A stretch of DNA of 64,000 bases, taken from Monocercomonoides exilis PA203. Its lineage: Eukaryota > Protista > Preaxostyla. Location of the stretch: NCBI GenBank assembly GCA_001643675.2, contig LSRY02000006.1, positions 186,001 through 250,000 of the forward strand, in the 5' to 3' direction. Positions 48,701 through 59,372 of the stretch are shown here, in pieces. A model generated the notes under the pieces. It was not told the origin of the DNA. It saw only the letters and a list, made by a program, of their open reading frames with translations, and did not search any database. Positions within the stretch are counted from its first letter, which is position 1. Each line of letters opens with the position of its first letter. Made by a program: the position numbers and the translations under genes.

Positions 48701-51700
48701 GAAGGAGGAGGGATGAAAGTGTGCCTGAAGAGAGGAGAATCAGAAGTGAGGGTTGTTGGATGCTCGTTGGGGATGTGCTCGTGCTCGGGGGTGAAGGGGA
48801 GAGGAGGAGGGGTGATGGTTGATGCACTTGACCCGAATGAGGGTGGAGCCAGTGGATTCGGGCCTGTTGGGATAAGGATGGAGAATGTGAGGTTTGGGGG
48901 CAACGAGGCATTTGTGGGGAAGGATGTGTTCATCAGATGCGAGTCGATTGCCGAACAGATCAACGAGACATTGTTTGTGCTGGATCTCAGCCAGGATGCC
49001 CTGAAATCCTCCAACTCCATCTGTGGGTCTGACAAGGAAAGGGATGATGTTGATCTGATCCCTCTGATCACATTCTATTATGGCCAGCAGGTGTTTGTCT
49101 CTGCAAGTGGAAGAGATGACAGACAATGTGGGGCACAGAACAATCCTTGCCTGAGCATTGACAGTGCTGTGAAGCACATTCAAAGAGGCATTGTAAATAT
49201 GCTTCTGATTGATGGAGAAGGGGCGATTGGGGGAGAGTGTGTGATTGGGGATATGAATGTGAAGAGTCTGAAGAAGACTCGATCGACAATCCATCTTGAT
49301 GGAAAGATGGAGGCTGTGGGGGATGAAGGGAGTGTGGTTGTGTCTGTGAATGAGAGTGCTGTGGAGAAATGTGAATTCTTGTTTGGGTTGAGCTTTGAAT
49401 CAGAGCATTCATCCATTGTGAAAGTGAAGAATGGAACATTGGGGGTGAGCGAGTGTTGGTGGAAGAGTGTTGGAATGATGGCACTTTTGAACAGCACAAT
49501 TGTGGAAGTGGAGAGTGGAGAGCTGGAGATGGAGAAATGTGTTGTCAGCTGTGTTTCCACTTCACGAGAGATATTGTCAGTCTGTGAAGGGAGCAAGGCT
49601 GTGATATATCAGCTGAGGATGAGCGATATCGAGAGCGAGGATGGAAGGATTGTTGATGCGAAGAAAGCAAAGATGGAGGCGAAGGAGATGTCGATGAGCA
49701 ATATCACCAGACAGAACAGAGGGAGCATTGTGAAGATCGTTGATTGTGCAGAAAGAGTGGATTTGATGAATTGCTCGATGAGGATGTGTTTGGGGAAAGA
49801 GGAGAGAGGATGGATGGTGAGTGTGTGCAAGTGTGAGTGTGTGAATGTTGATTGTTGTGAGTTTGATGGAGAAGAGGAAGAGAATGAAGAGAGATCAAGA
49901 AATGAGCAGAATGAAGGAGAAAGAAGAGAGGAGATATGCAAGTGGAATGGCTCAATGGTTGAATTTGAGAAGAGTGAAGTGGAGATGAAAGTGACTTCGA
50001 TGAGAAACAGCAAGAAAGGGGGATTGTCAGTGAGTGGAGGGAATGTGGTGTTTGAGAAAGGAGAGTTTGTGAGCAACAATCCATCGATTGGAAAATATCC
50101 CTCAGCTCGGAGAAACATATTGTGCTCGGATTCTGCTCAGCTGAATATCATGAGCTTGAAGGGAGGAGATGGGCAAGAGAAGAATTCCTCCCTTTGGATT
50201 CTGAATGATGGATGCAGTTTGATGGGGATTGTTGAGGAGCGAGCATCGCCATTGTTCATCCCCACACTCCGATCGGTGGAGACAGAGGAGAAGGAAGGGG
50301 TGCTGGATGTTGTGTTCAGGGGCACACTTCTTCTGCCATGCGACCTGTCGTTTCGGGTTGTTTCGTCGGTGGGGGATGTGGAGCAGATGGAGACACACGA
50401 GATAAGTGAGTCTGGGTTTGTGAGTGAAGAGGAAGTGCATGGCACAATTGGGTTGGAGATGGTGAGGGGAGCAGAGGCGAGTGCAGAAGTGAGGGTGTGC
50501 ATCTTGTTTGGAGATGGCCATTCTCCCTCGGCAACGGAGTCGTTCATCCTGAAGAACAGGAGCGAGACTGATCCAAAGGGAGATGAAAGGATTGTTGAAG
50601 GAGGAAAAGAAGGGAAATCGATTTGGCCAATCGTTGTGATTGTATGTGTTGTATTTGTTGCGCTTCTGCTTGTTGTTGTTATTGTTCTGGCTGTACGCTG
50701 GAGAAAGGTTAAGAATGAAGCAGAAGATCTGAGAGAGATTGTGAATGATAACATCAGAAAGGATCCGAAGGCATTTGAGATGGTGACAATGGAGATGTCG
50801 CCTGAGGAGCAGTGGAGAAGAGCTGAGAGAGACGCAGAGAAGAGGAATGATGAGAGGATAAAGAAGAGGGTGTATGGGAAGCAGATGCAGCATTCTGAGT
50901 CTTCAGAGCATCTTCTATCCGAGAGTGGATCGACTGAATACATTTTGGGCAGAGATTCAGACAAGATCCCTCAATGGGCACTGGAGAAGGTTGATGAGAA
51001 GGAAGAGGAAGAAGAGACGAGAAAGCGAACTCCTTCTCCATCGATTTCATCCACTTCAACAACTGATTCTGATTCGACTTTTGTTCAGAGAGAGGATCTT
51101 TGCCCAACCACCTCATCAATGTCGAACTTGGTGGATGCAATGGCCTGTTCATCTCCACATGAGAAATTGATTGTGGATCTGAGGGATTCGCTGTTCATGT
51201 TGCTCCATGGAAGGAATAAGACAAAAGAGATGGCGATTGGCACTCTGCAGGAAAGGGAGCAGACAGCTGCTCAGATCCTGTTCTGGGTGGCAAATGGAGC
51301 ACTTCACTCATTTGACGAGATGGAAAATCCTCTCCAATCATTATCCAGTTTGAGTCCTCACATTGTGTTGTTCTCTGAGCACATGGTCATCTGCATCGTG
51401 ATGCACTCCGATTTATTGTCTGATGATGACTCAGATTCATCATCCATCTCTTCGTCAACTGTTGTGACGTCCGCAAGTGAGAATGACGAAGATGATGACT
51501 CCCTGCCCTCGTCTGCCTTTGAGGATGAGGATGACTTCAAAAAAGAGTGTTTGAGGTGGAAGGCGCCTGAGTTGCTGATCAACAAGAAGATGGGTGCAAC
51601 CAAGGAGTCGGTGGCATTCTCGATCGGGATGATGGTGTGGGAGTGTCTGACGCTCCAGGTTCCGTTTGGTGATTATGAGGCAGAGGTGGCAGGGCAGAAG

Positions 51701-51967
51701 ATCGTGAATGGGGAGAGGCCAGTCCTGGGCAGCGCGGGGCAATCGTCGTTCTGCTCTGTGCTTGAAAACTGCCTCAACAGCCTTTCGCAGAAGCGCCCAT
51801 CCCTCGCAACCCTCAAAAGAGAGCTCTTCCAGCATTTTCCGCCGGGAGCGATGGTCCTCACAGCCTCAGATGCCATCGATCGCACAATGGATAGCCAGCA
51901 GTCTGGCAGAGGTGCATCGAGTGAACTTGCTTGCAGCGAAAGCGAAATACTTGAAAATCGCAACTAG
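42746..51967 (+). CDS. Giant single-exon type I membrane protein: N-terminal hydrophobic segment, Cys/Gly-rich parallel beta-helix-like ectodomain, one transmembrane helix, C-terminal degenerate kinase-like domain
   Basis: 3083-aa ORF; the first ATG is at 42746 (MSCLAFIICFQCF). Repeated GGG(I/M/A)x motifs and D...CG....PC.(T/S)I modules. TM segment IWPIVVIVCVVFVALLLVVVIVLAV followed by RWRK. Kinase C-lobe motifs LRWKAPEL, SIGMMVWECLT..VPF, RP and RPSL. Confidence 0.88.
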   Translation: MSCLAFIICFQCFSMNAANNGADKKEGSNELEKEIFQNIITSNEIQSRNIFEKNAIESRFHAYSIQKEDFDVVNSKNEIKFDVENKKRRKPLRCVESAQKHWSSNNDVEESWIEGCLKMMNSSVLCVDVTIMDRTNNCVIKAEKKSCVELKGCILSIGEENSPLKLTGSCAVLVNVTLASSIQHLHSIPPLFASEQPENQFEHFGSISMCSSRFSSFMVSRPPFLSSAFIESISLSNLNFFNISTIPAKTESHSTCQCGKATSMNSCSFHSVCDVYDGGIIPSINNPLTSLTSFNTTFIGCCRTRNVEFIGTKDGKLTPGRQNETDDGQNTFIWCEWNGSKTTGTLSSTTDGMSCGGAICMYNLENGTLSVSNCSFNNCYAHYGGGGISCFSINSMKIDNNRFNECTAQNHHGGGMYIYSISLCSLINKCVFYFCEANYNGGGIYLENYHQIDTGCFEKKSKNVENICIFECDVISCSVSNINGGGMCCFHLDPQFKMSSIRFISCSAVSGGGALHFRPERMSGPIDGIYCCFLFFHECKCLDATSTGNDIEYIDYNNIFSNSGNPFHECYTTNTDDQRVCYAFNYTGSSWSYHHTEKKEWLKDGVMDKFVGVAGDNSNKWCGMNDENPCKTIGSAVDNHIPELISKIILMKGNHTSETTTIEIGTKKISVIGKGRESSSIGTGELSSAGALFRVTTGHLGLMHLGIYHNSSAGSSPSVVVVTGRSGSLSLEDVVITKSVSSVNSISSSVFVVPLSQLSMIDVEIKDMNISQSLFSEPDLSSSLFSSSSSALFLTTIASKESTLANITVKNVKLESGDGVVVTKSVAEEETFMVWNTIFEDCECERGSGGGIKVKLESATSKFQMGTTASYSGGTTAFSQCCCSGNGGGAMMWLAENSFDFEISSVSFVGCSASLGGKDVFVNGSKLVNGTITITKLNFSRNVSIYDELMGYDRNEEEMGIFPLNVFFDSFSGAAHVGMKKNGFGGYDSWFCGFDYFSCKTITKAAQNRVCSLKKKIVLDSGFELVEVVSMAGSYEWEVYCGINKTEVNVKVPSGMTSSYLIIVESKSSIKNIAFQIPYQLSSATSLIALTSLSLALTDCSVAHSSESTSSVSFGYSIVNAQSGNLKMERFVVEEGLTFNDHSAIEFCEGMTSVICSGCNISGVVKNEGDGGWMKGTVGGSGTLAVDGCNVNGCSCGGGKGGGIYVELKGNGKVVVNGTSVIDGNKAENNGGRGGRGGGMFVLMGSGGCGLTIGQNVEFSKVRENVAEYGKDVFVHCGSGVFLESKVNAQSFAFFDTSAIPSDVLKLSGSENGDESGVIPLFVYLCKMGTKVIVDWSGRNGMDHNHCGFDAFRCLTVDYCANSRLSESSNEIEVVSSSSIRDEIKISLFGVSISGRIASSSSEEGERKQVNVSDEGSATQDWLVGCSSSLAMSRLSFVVKDQLNSRRSAFIHSTSTINMTNCSVSFEGGALTDGKIGYNVINIEGGELIVDGFVMEGGVTMNEKSPISMTSGVELEILNSRVIGVEVNVAGGSGGGGCLNVGMKEGGCVNIEESNLSSICSGGSEMKGGGMMISVGSGGSLEMKNVNLSECEVPSEDSSEKKGGLGGAVFAELPEQMGSFVLEGMIFSQCNAWKGKNMFVSGWVLSKIVNKEHFKWEMSEGELGSLDELCGWERKTTGEEGYVIPLVVYLWSNWSGNGFVSKDGGGDFSGCGFSEAPCSSIDHLISLRYEPLDEGESHISIVDSGLLKHSISFSSFSSSPPASQDSESQKVVIEGTMKGTAVIISDEDENDLIGGSLISSCVSLTLENLSFSNPNPNIHHEILIESSGANICLSVVDCSFGSLNGMADAGFCVMKVNGGRVVVQGCSLDAVDKLKGFIAFSAAATMEVIVEDVNISNVGVKERSLISMFDDEQTNGMKAKRGLNRGENRHSNNEKVVIKVNGSSFTNITNGENRAGVLSVDSFARAMECVLEGCSVSSCRSEMSEEGGGMKVCLKRGESEVRVVGCSLGMCSCSGVKGRGGGVMVDALDPNEGGASGFGPVGIRMENVRFGGNEAFVGKDVFIRCESIAEQINETLFVLDLSQDALKSSNSICGSDKERDDVDLIPLITFYYGQQVFVSASGRDDRQCGAQNNPCLSIDSAVKHIQRGIVNMLLIDGEGAIGGECVIGDMNVKSLKKTRSTIHLDGKMEAVGDEGSVVVSVNESAVEKCEFLFGLSFESEHSSIVKVKNGTLGVSECWWKSVGMMALLNSTIVEVESGELEMEKCVVSCVSTSREILSVCEGSKAVIYQLRMSDIESEDGRIVDAKKAKMEAKEMSMSNITRQNRGSIVKIVDCAERVDLMNCSMRMCLGKEERGWMVSVCKCECVNVDCCEFDGEEEENEERSRNEQNEGERREEICKWNGSMVEFEKSEVEMKVTSMRNSKKGGLSVSGGNVVFEKGEFVSNNPSIGKYPSARRNILCSDSAQLNIMSLKGGDGQEKNSSLWILNDGCSLMGIVEERASPLFIPTLRSVETEEKEGVLDVVFRGTLLLPCDLSFRVVSSVGDVEQMETHEISESGFVSEEEVHGTIGLEMVRGAEASAEVRVCILFGDGHSPSATESFILKNRSETDPKGDERIVEGGKEGKSIWPIVVIVCVVFVALLLVVVIVLAVRWRKVKNEAEDLREIVNDNIRKDPKAFEMVTMEMSPEEQWRRAERDAEKRNDERIKKRVYGKQMQHSESSEHLLSESGSTEYILGRDSDKIPQWALEKVDEKEEEEETRKRTPSPSISSTSTTDSDSTFVQREDLCPTTSSMSNLVDAMACSSPHEKLIVDLRDSLFMLLHGRNKTKEMAIGTLQEREQTAAQILFWVANGALHSFDEMENPLQSLSSLSPHIVLFSEHMVICIVMHSDLLSDDDSDSSSISSSTVVTSASENDEDDDSLPSSAFEDEDDFKKECLRWKAPELLINKKMGATKESVAFSIGMMVWECLTLQVPFGDYEAEVAGQKIVNGERPVLGSAGQSSFCSVLENCLNSLSQKRPSLATLKRELFQHFPPGAMVLTASDAIDRTMDSQQSGRGASSELACSESEILENRN

Positions 51968-54900
51968 AAGCAGGGCACGATCAAAGTGGGGCTGGCTCTT
52001 CAACTGCCCATTTTTCTCGTATTTCTGTCTGCTTCAAGCACATCGCAATGCAGCATTCCTTATATTTCTTTTCTTTTCTTTTTTTGATGTTTTGTGCCAA
52101 ATGGCTTTTGTTTTTGACTTTCCTTTTTTTATTTTTCCCTGTTCCATTTGAATGTCTTCACATCACCATCCATCCTTTTCCTGTTCATAGGCTTGGAGCA
52201 ACCCTTCATTTCCCAGTGCTGCTTCTTTCCTGCCATTCCATTCCTCATGTCCTTTTGCACTTCCACAGAAAAATCCATTTAAAAAATTAATCACGGAAAT
52301 ATTGAGTCAAAGACAATATCGAAGCTTTTTGTGCAAGAGTGAGAGAGAATCAGCCTTCAAAAAGAGTTGAAGCAAACGAACAAAAGCGATTCCAGATAAA
52401 TCTTGAATGGGCCATGTGCCGTTTCTGCCCATTTCTGAATTCTTCCATTGAATTGTAACACATGCACATATACAGAGAGAGAGAAATGCATTTCTTTTCT
52501 CTCCAAAACAAAGATCGGGCAAGATTCGCATTGCCGCTCACACATCAAGCGATAGAATGAAACACTGATGAAAAACACAAAATCCTTCTGGCTTCCAAAA
52601 CCTCCAGCTTTGCTTTTCCCCTTCGTGTCATCGCAATTCTGCATCCTGCCACCAATAAATCAATAAAAATGACTCGCCTCAAGTCCGTTTTGCTGAGCGC
52701 TTCACGAAAACGCTTTTGATCCAATTTTCAGGAATGAAAATCGAAATGCCTCCTCAAATCATAAATAATAAAGATGTTTGGCAAATGTTTTTCTCTCTCT
52801 CTCTCTCTATTTCTGCTTCGCTGTTGCCTTTGCTTCTTCAGATAGAATGAAGCACTTTCAAGAGAAAATAAAAGGTTGTCTGATGTGTATTGAAATGAAT
52901 GATGCTCCATTTCATGGATTCCATCCATTTGAGCCTTTTGAGCCAAAACCCTCAGATGACCAATTGATTGGAAATGCACCAAAAAAAAAGAAAATCGAAT
53001 ATCCCTTCGACCTTGCTGCCTCGTGTCGGCTCGAGCATTCCCAGCTTCGCAAATGCCCCTTCCCATGAGCAACTCCCTTGCTTTGCTGCTTTTCACGCCT
53101 CTCCAAATCCGAAGGTCAAAAATAGATATACGACGGAATCCTCCCGTTCGTGTCCCAGACTCAAAGCATGTTCCTCCCGAGCCGTTAGCAAACAATTCGA
53201 GCAGTGCATTCAACAAGTCGGCCAAAAAAATAAAAAAATGATGATGTTTCAACTCGAATCGTGGCTTCTTCATCGCTTGTTTGGGTCGCAATTGCGGAGC
53301 ACAAAATCAATTATAGCATCTTTATTCTTGCCGTCCCTTTTTTTGCTCCAAAAATAACACCACAGCCGCTGGGCGCCTCCAGTAGTTTGCTTTTTCATCC
53401 ATTCCGTGAAACCCAGCGTTATTTGGCAATAAAGCGTCCACCACTCATTTCCTCTTTGAAACAAATAGCATGTGGCAGTTGCACGAAAAAAAACGATCAT
53501 GTCCGCGCAGCAACACTTGCATCGTCTTTTTCTTCAAATGATTTTTCTTTTTTTCTCAAGCAATCCAAAAAAAAAGATGGGTTCGACAACTGCATGTGTG
53601 GTACTGCTACCCACACTCAACAAATGCAAAATGGCCCCCCCATCCTCGACATTGGGTCACTTTCCGTTTCCTTCAGCAGGCCCAATAAAAGACATCTTCA
53701 GTTATTGTCAATTTATTCATCGTCGCATGAATGTTTCTCTGTTAATAATTCCATTCCTCTGAAAACAAAATCGCATGCACCACCGCCGCATCAAGCGCAT
53801 TTTGCATGTCTCGGCTGTGCTCGGTGAAATCTCAATTTCATTGCAAAGATTAACAGCAGCATAAATCAACCCCAGCGCAGCGTCTCTTCAGCATTTCGAC
53901 CCATTTCCAGAAGTGATGGCAACCATTGGGCAAATGTAATGAAAGACAGGCCTTAGCCTTTGCAGTTGCAAAAATACTTTTTCGATTGATCAATCTCATT
54001 AACTATTTTATTTCGGTCAAAAAAATAAAAAATATTTTCTGAGGGGACATATTTTTCTTTTTTGGAATCTAACTAATAGATTGAAGTGGTTCGGTCAATA
54101 GCGTGAAGCGTTTCCGTTGAAAACTGTTTCAAAAATTAAAAAAAAAATGAATTTTATTCATTTTTTATTGAAAAGTCATTATTTGGTGATTATTGTTGAA
54201 ATGATATTTTTGTATTTCCATTTAAAGAATTGATTGCTTCCTTCAGCTGATTATATTGATATTCCAATGTGTGGCAAATTGTTCTGTCCAAAGTTATTAA
54301 TTAAAGAGCAAACCAACGAATGCTGCAAACAATAATGGAAGTTTGCCATTGTTGTTTTCCCCATCTGGGACAAAACTTCTGGCGCAACATTCCAATTTTT
54401 ATTCAAAATTTTTGTTAAAAATATTTCGATATTCTATCAGAAAGAATCGCCCAATTGTTTCGATTTCGATGTTGAACTGAAAATGATTTATTTTATTCAG
54501 TTTTTTGGAACTGGCTCGTTATGTCTCACAACAACATGGAACAAATTGTAATGAATAAAAAAACAAAAATGACCCTGTTCACCTACGATAAACAGAGTTG
54601 TGATCTATGACTTGTTGGCACTTGAAATTTACAGAATATCCAATTTTTTTTTGCTTTCCCAGACATTTTATCAGAAATGACTTTTCGAAAATAATTTGAC
54701 ATTTATAGCAAGTGAAACACAAAAATCACCAAACGAATCTTTTTTGCTTTATGGAATGTGCTAGAAATGTTCCACATAACCATTTTTATTTCCTTCAAAA
54801 ATGTACACACACACCAATAATTATTATTCGATTGTTGAAAACACATTCCATCATTCAAAAACCAGGGAATTTTTCATATTTTTTTGAAAATTTTCTTGTG

Positions 54901-55372
54901 ATAGACTGTGATTTTGCTGAATGCCAGAAACTTCATCTGCGTGATCCTTTTTTGAGGTCAACCATTTTCTGATAAAAATAAAATAAAAACAACAGCAATT
55001 TTTTTTTGAATCCTGAAAGAAATACTTGGAGACAAACCCAAACAATGGTGAAAGCTTCAGATGTTTGTCCTTCTTAACAGTCAGGAGGGGGCTTTTTTCT
55101 CCAATTCGTTTTATTGTTGACAACTTTTCACCGAACATAACAGTATCAAAAGTGGCAGATGAAAACACAACAAGGATTTCATTCAAACACCGAAAATGTC
55201 AATGAATTCAAAATATAATTGAAATCACCAGTATAATTTTAATGTTTTGCAAATATTCGGACAATGGAAATGAAAGTGAACATCCATCTCTTGTTATTCA
55301 TCAGCAAACATGAAATCTTCACAATTTCCAAAAAAAAACATTCCTGAGTTGTTTTGTCAATGCAATTTTGGA

Positions 55373-55974
55373 CATGTGTGTTTTTCTTTTTGAAAAGTCG
55401 CAAATGTTGTATTTTCCATTCAAAATAATTTGTTCATATGTTTATCAACAAAGAAGAAAATCCTTTTAATTTTTATGAAATACAAATAGTTCCACACTTA
55501 TCATGGAAATAACAAAAAGTTATGAAATCGAAAAATATAGGGGAAAATTCTGATTTTCAAGCTATTTTAGCACAAAGCACAAAAATATTGATTAACTCAT
55601 AACTTTATTTCTCTTTCTCAGATTTAAAAATAAATTTGATGGTGATATCCGTAAACAGGCATAGTAGAAATCAAAAACATAGAGTTTTCCAACATTTCAC
55701 GAATGTCAAAAAAATAAAATTATTATTATTGCGTTTTTTGATCTCAAAAAGTCAATGAAATATGAATAATTTTTCTATAAAAAAGCTTGAAGTTGCATAT
55801 TTTCCCCAATATTTTTCGATTTCAAAACTTTTTGTTATTTCCATGATAAGTGTGGAACTATTTGTATTTCATAAAAATTAAAAGGATTTTCTTCTTTGTT
55901 GATAAACATATGAACAAATTATTTTGAATGGAAAATACAACATTTGCGACTTTTCAAAAAGAAAAACACACATG
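55373..55974. repeat. Diverged copy of the 14024-15863 repeat element forming the centre of the giant palindrome
   Basis: 55540-55835 is collinear with 15171-15475 (GGGGAAAAT..., ATATCCG.AAACAGGC, CATTTCACGAA(C/T)GTCAAAAAA, ATAATTTTTC.AT.AAAA). TCTTTTTGAAAAGTCGCAAATGTT occurs at ~55385 and inverted at ~55939-55962. Confidence 0.85.
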
Positions 55975-58900
55975 TCCAAAATTGCATTGACAAAACAACT
56001 CAGGAATGTTTTTTTTTGGAAATTGTGAAGATTTCATGTTTGCTGATGAATAACAAGAGATGGATGTTCACTTTCATTTCCATTGTCCGAATATTTGCAA
56101 AACATTAAAATTATACTGGTGATTTCAATTATATTTTGAATTCATTGACATTTTCGGTGTTTGAATGAAATCCTTGTTGTGTTTTCATCTGCCACTTTTG
56201 ATACTGTTATGTTCGGTGAAAAGTTGTCAACAATAAAACGAATTGGAGAAAAAAGCCCCCTCCTGACTGTTAAGAAGGACAAACATCTGAAGCTTTCACC
56301 ATTGTTTGGGTTTGTCTCCAAGTATTTCTTTCAGGATTCAAAAAAAAATTGCTGTTGTTTTTATTTTATTTTTATCAGAAAATGGTTGACCTCAAAAAAG
56401 GATCACGCAGATGAAGTTTCTGGCATTCAGCAAAATCACAGTCTATCACAAGAAAATTTTCAAAAAAATATGAAAAATTCCCTGGTTTTTGAATGATGGA
56501 ATGTGTTTTCAACAATCGAATAATAATTATTGGTGTGTGTGTACATTTTTGAAGGAAATAAAAATGGTTATGTGGAACATTTCTAGCACATTCCATAAAG
56601 CAAAAAAGATTCGTTTGGTGATTTTTGTGTTTCACTTGCTATAAATGTCAAATTATTTTCGAAAAGTCATTTCTGATAAAATGTCTGGGAAAGCAAAAAA
56701 AATTGGATATTCTGTAAATTTCAAGTGCCAACAAGTCATAGATCACAACTCTGTTTATCGTAGGTGAACAGGGTCATTTTTGTTTTTTATTCATTACAAT
56801 TTGTTCCATGTTGTTGTGAGACATAACGAGCCAGTTCCAAAAAACTGAATAAAATAAATCATTTTCAGTTCAACATCGAAATCGAAACAATTGGGCGATT
56901 CTTTCTGATAGAATATCGAAATATTTTTAACAAAAATTTTGAATAAAAATTGGAATGTTGCGCCAGAAGTTTTGTCCCAGATGGGGAAAACAACAATGGC
57001 AAACTTCCATTATTGTTTGCAGCATTCGTTGGTTTGCTCTTTAATTAATAACTTTGGACAGAACAATTTGCCACACATTGGAATATCAATATAATCAGCT
57101 GAAGGAAGCAATCAATTCTTTAAATGGAAATACAAAAATATCATTTCAACAATAATCACCAAATAATGACTTTTCAATAAAAAATGAATAAAATTCATTT
57201 TTTTTTTAATTTTTGAAACAGTTTTCAACGGAAACGCTTCACGCTATTGACCGAACCACTTCAATCTATTAGTTAGATTCCAAAAAGAAAAATATGTCCC
57301 CTCAGAAAATATTTTTTATTTTTTTGACCGAAATAAAATAGTTAATGAGATTGATCAATCGAAAAAGTATTTTTGCAACTGCAAAGGCTAAGGCCTGTCT
57401 TTCATTACATTTGCCCAATGGTTGCCATCACTTCTGGAAATGGGTCGAAATGCTGAAGAGACGCTGCGCTGGGGTTGATTTATGCTGCTGTTAATCTTTG
57501 CAATGAAATTGAGATTTCACCGAGCACAGCCGAGACATGCAAAATGCGCTTGATGCGGCGGTGGTGCATGCGATTTTGTTTTCAGAGGAATGGAATTATT
57601 AACAGAGAAACATTCATGCGACGATGAATAAATTGACAATAACTGAAGATGTCTTTTATTGGGCCTGCTGAAGGAAACGGAAAGTGACCCAATGTCGAGG
57701 ATGGGGGGGCCATTTTGCATTTGTTGAGTGTGGGTAGCAGTACCACACATGCAGTTGTCGAACCCATCTTTTTTGGATTGCTTGAGAAAAAAAGAAAAAA
57801 TCATTTGAAGAAAAAGACGATGCAAGTGTTGCTGCGCGGACATGATCGTTTTTTTCGTGCAACTGCCACATGCTATTTGTTTCAAAGAGGAAATGAGTGG
57901 TGGACGCTTTATTGCCAAATAACGCTGGGTTTCACGGAATGGATGAAAAAGCAAACTACTGGAGGCGCCCAGCGGCTGTGGTGTTATTTTTGGAGCAAAA
58001 AAGGGACGGCAAGAATAAAGATGCTATAATTGATTTTGTGCTCCGCAATTGCGACCCAAACAAGCGATGAAGAAGCCACGATTCGAGTTGAAACATCATC
58101 ATTTTTTATTTTTTTGGCCGACTTGTTGAATGCACTGCTCGAATTGTTTGCTAACGGCTCGGGAGGAACATGCTTTGAGTCTGGGACACGAACGGGAGGA
58201 TTCCGTCGTATATCTATTTTTGACCTTCGGATTTGGAGAGGCGTGAAAAGCAGCAAAGCAAGGGAGTTGCTCATGGAAGGGGCATTTGCGAAGCTGGGAA
58301 TGCTCGAGCCGACACGAGGCAGCAAGGTCGAAGGGATATTCGATTTTCTTTTTTTTTGGTGCATTTCCAATCAATTGGTCATCTGAGGGTTTTGGCTCAA
58401 AAGGCTCAAATGGATGGAATCCATGAAATGGAGCATCATTCATTTCAATACACATCAGACAACCTTTTATTTTCTCTTGAAAGTGCTTCATTCTATCTGA
58501 AGAAGCAAAGGCAACAGCGAAGCAGAAATAGAGAGAGAGAGAGAGAAAAACATTTGCCAAACATCTTTATTATTTATGATTTGAGGAGGCATTTCGATTT
58601 TCATTCCTGAAAATTGGATCAAAAGCGTTTTCGTGAAGCGCTCAGCAAAACGGACTTGAGGCGAGTCATTTTTATTGATTTATTGGTGGCAGGATGCAGA
58701 ATTGCGATGACACGAAGGGGAAAAGCAAAGCTGGAGGTTTTGGAAGCCAGAAGGATTTTGTGTTTTTCATCAGTGTTTCATTCTATCGCTTGATGTGTGA
58801 GCGGCAATGCGAATCTTGCCCGATCTTTGTTTTGGAGAGAAAAGAAATGCATTTCTCTCTCTCTGTATATGTGCATGTGTTACAATTCAATGGAAGAATT

Positions 58901-59372
58901 CAGAAATGGGCAGAAACGGCACATGGCCCATTCAAGATTTATCTGGAATCGCTTTTGTTCGTTTGCTTCAACTCTTTTGAAGGCTGATTCTCTCTCACTC
59001 TTGCACAAAAAGCTTCGATATTGTCTTTGACTCAATATTTCCGTGATTAATTTTTTAAATGGATTTTTCTGTGGAAGTGCAAAAGGACATGAGGAATGGA
59101 ATGGCAGGAAAGAAGCAGCACTGGGAAATGAAGGGTTGCTCCAAGCCTATGAACAGGAAAAGGATGGATGGTGATGTGAAGACATTCAAATGGAACAGGG
59201 AAAAATAAAAAAAGGAAAGTCAAAAACAAAAGCCATTTGGCACAAAAACATCAAAAAAAGAAAAAGAAAAAGAAATATAAGGAATGCTGCATTGCGATGT
59301 GCTTGAAGCAGACAGAAATACGAGAAAAATGGGCAGTTGAAGAGCCAGCCCCACTTTGATCGTGCCCTGCTT

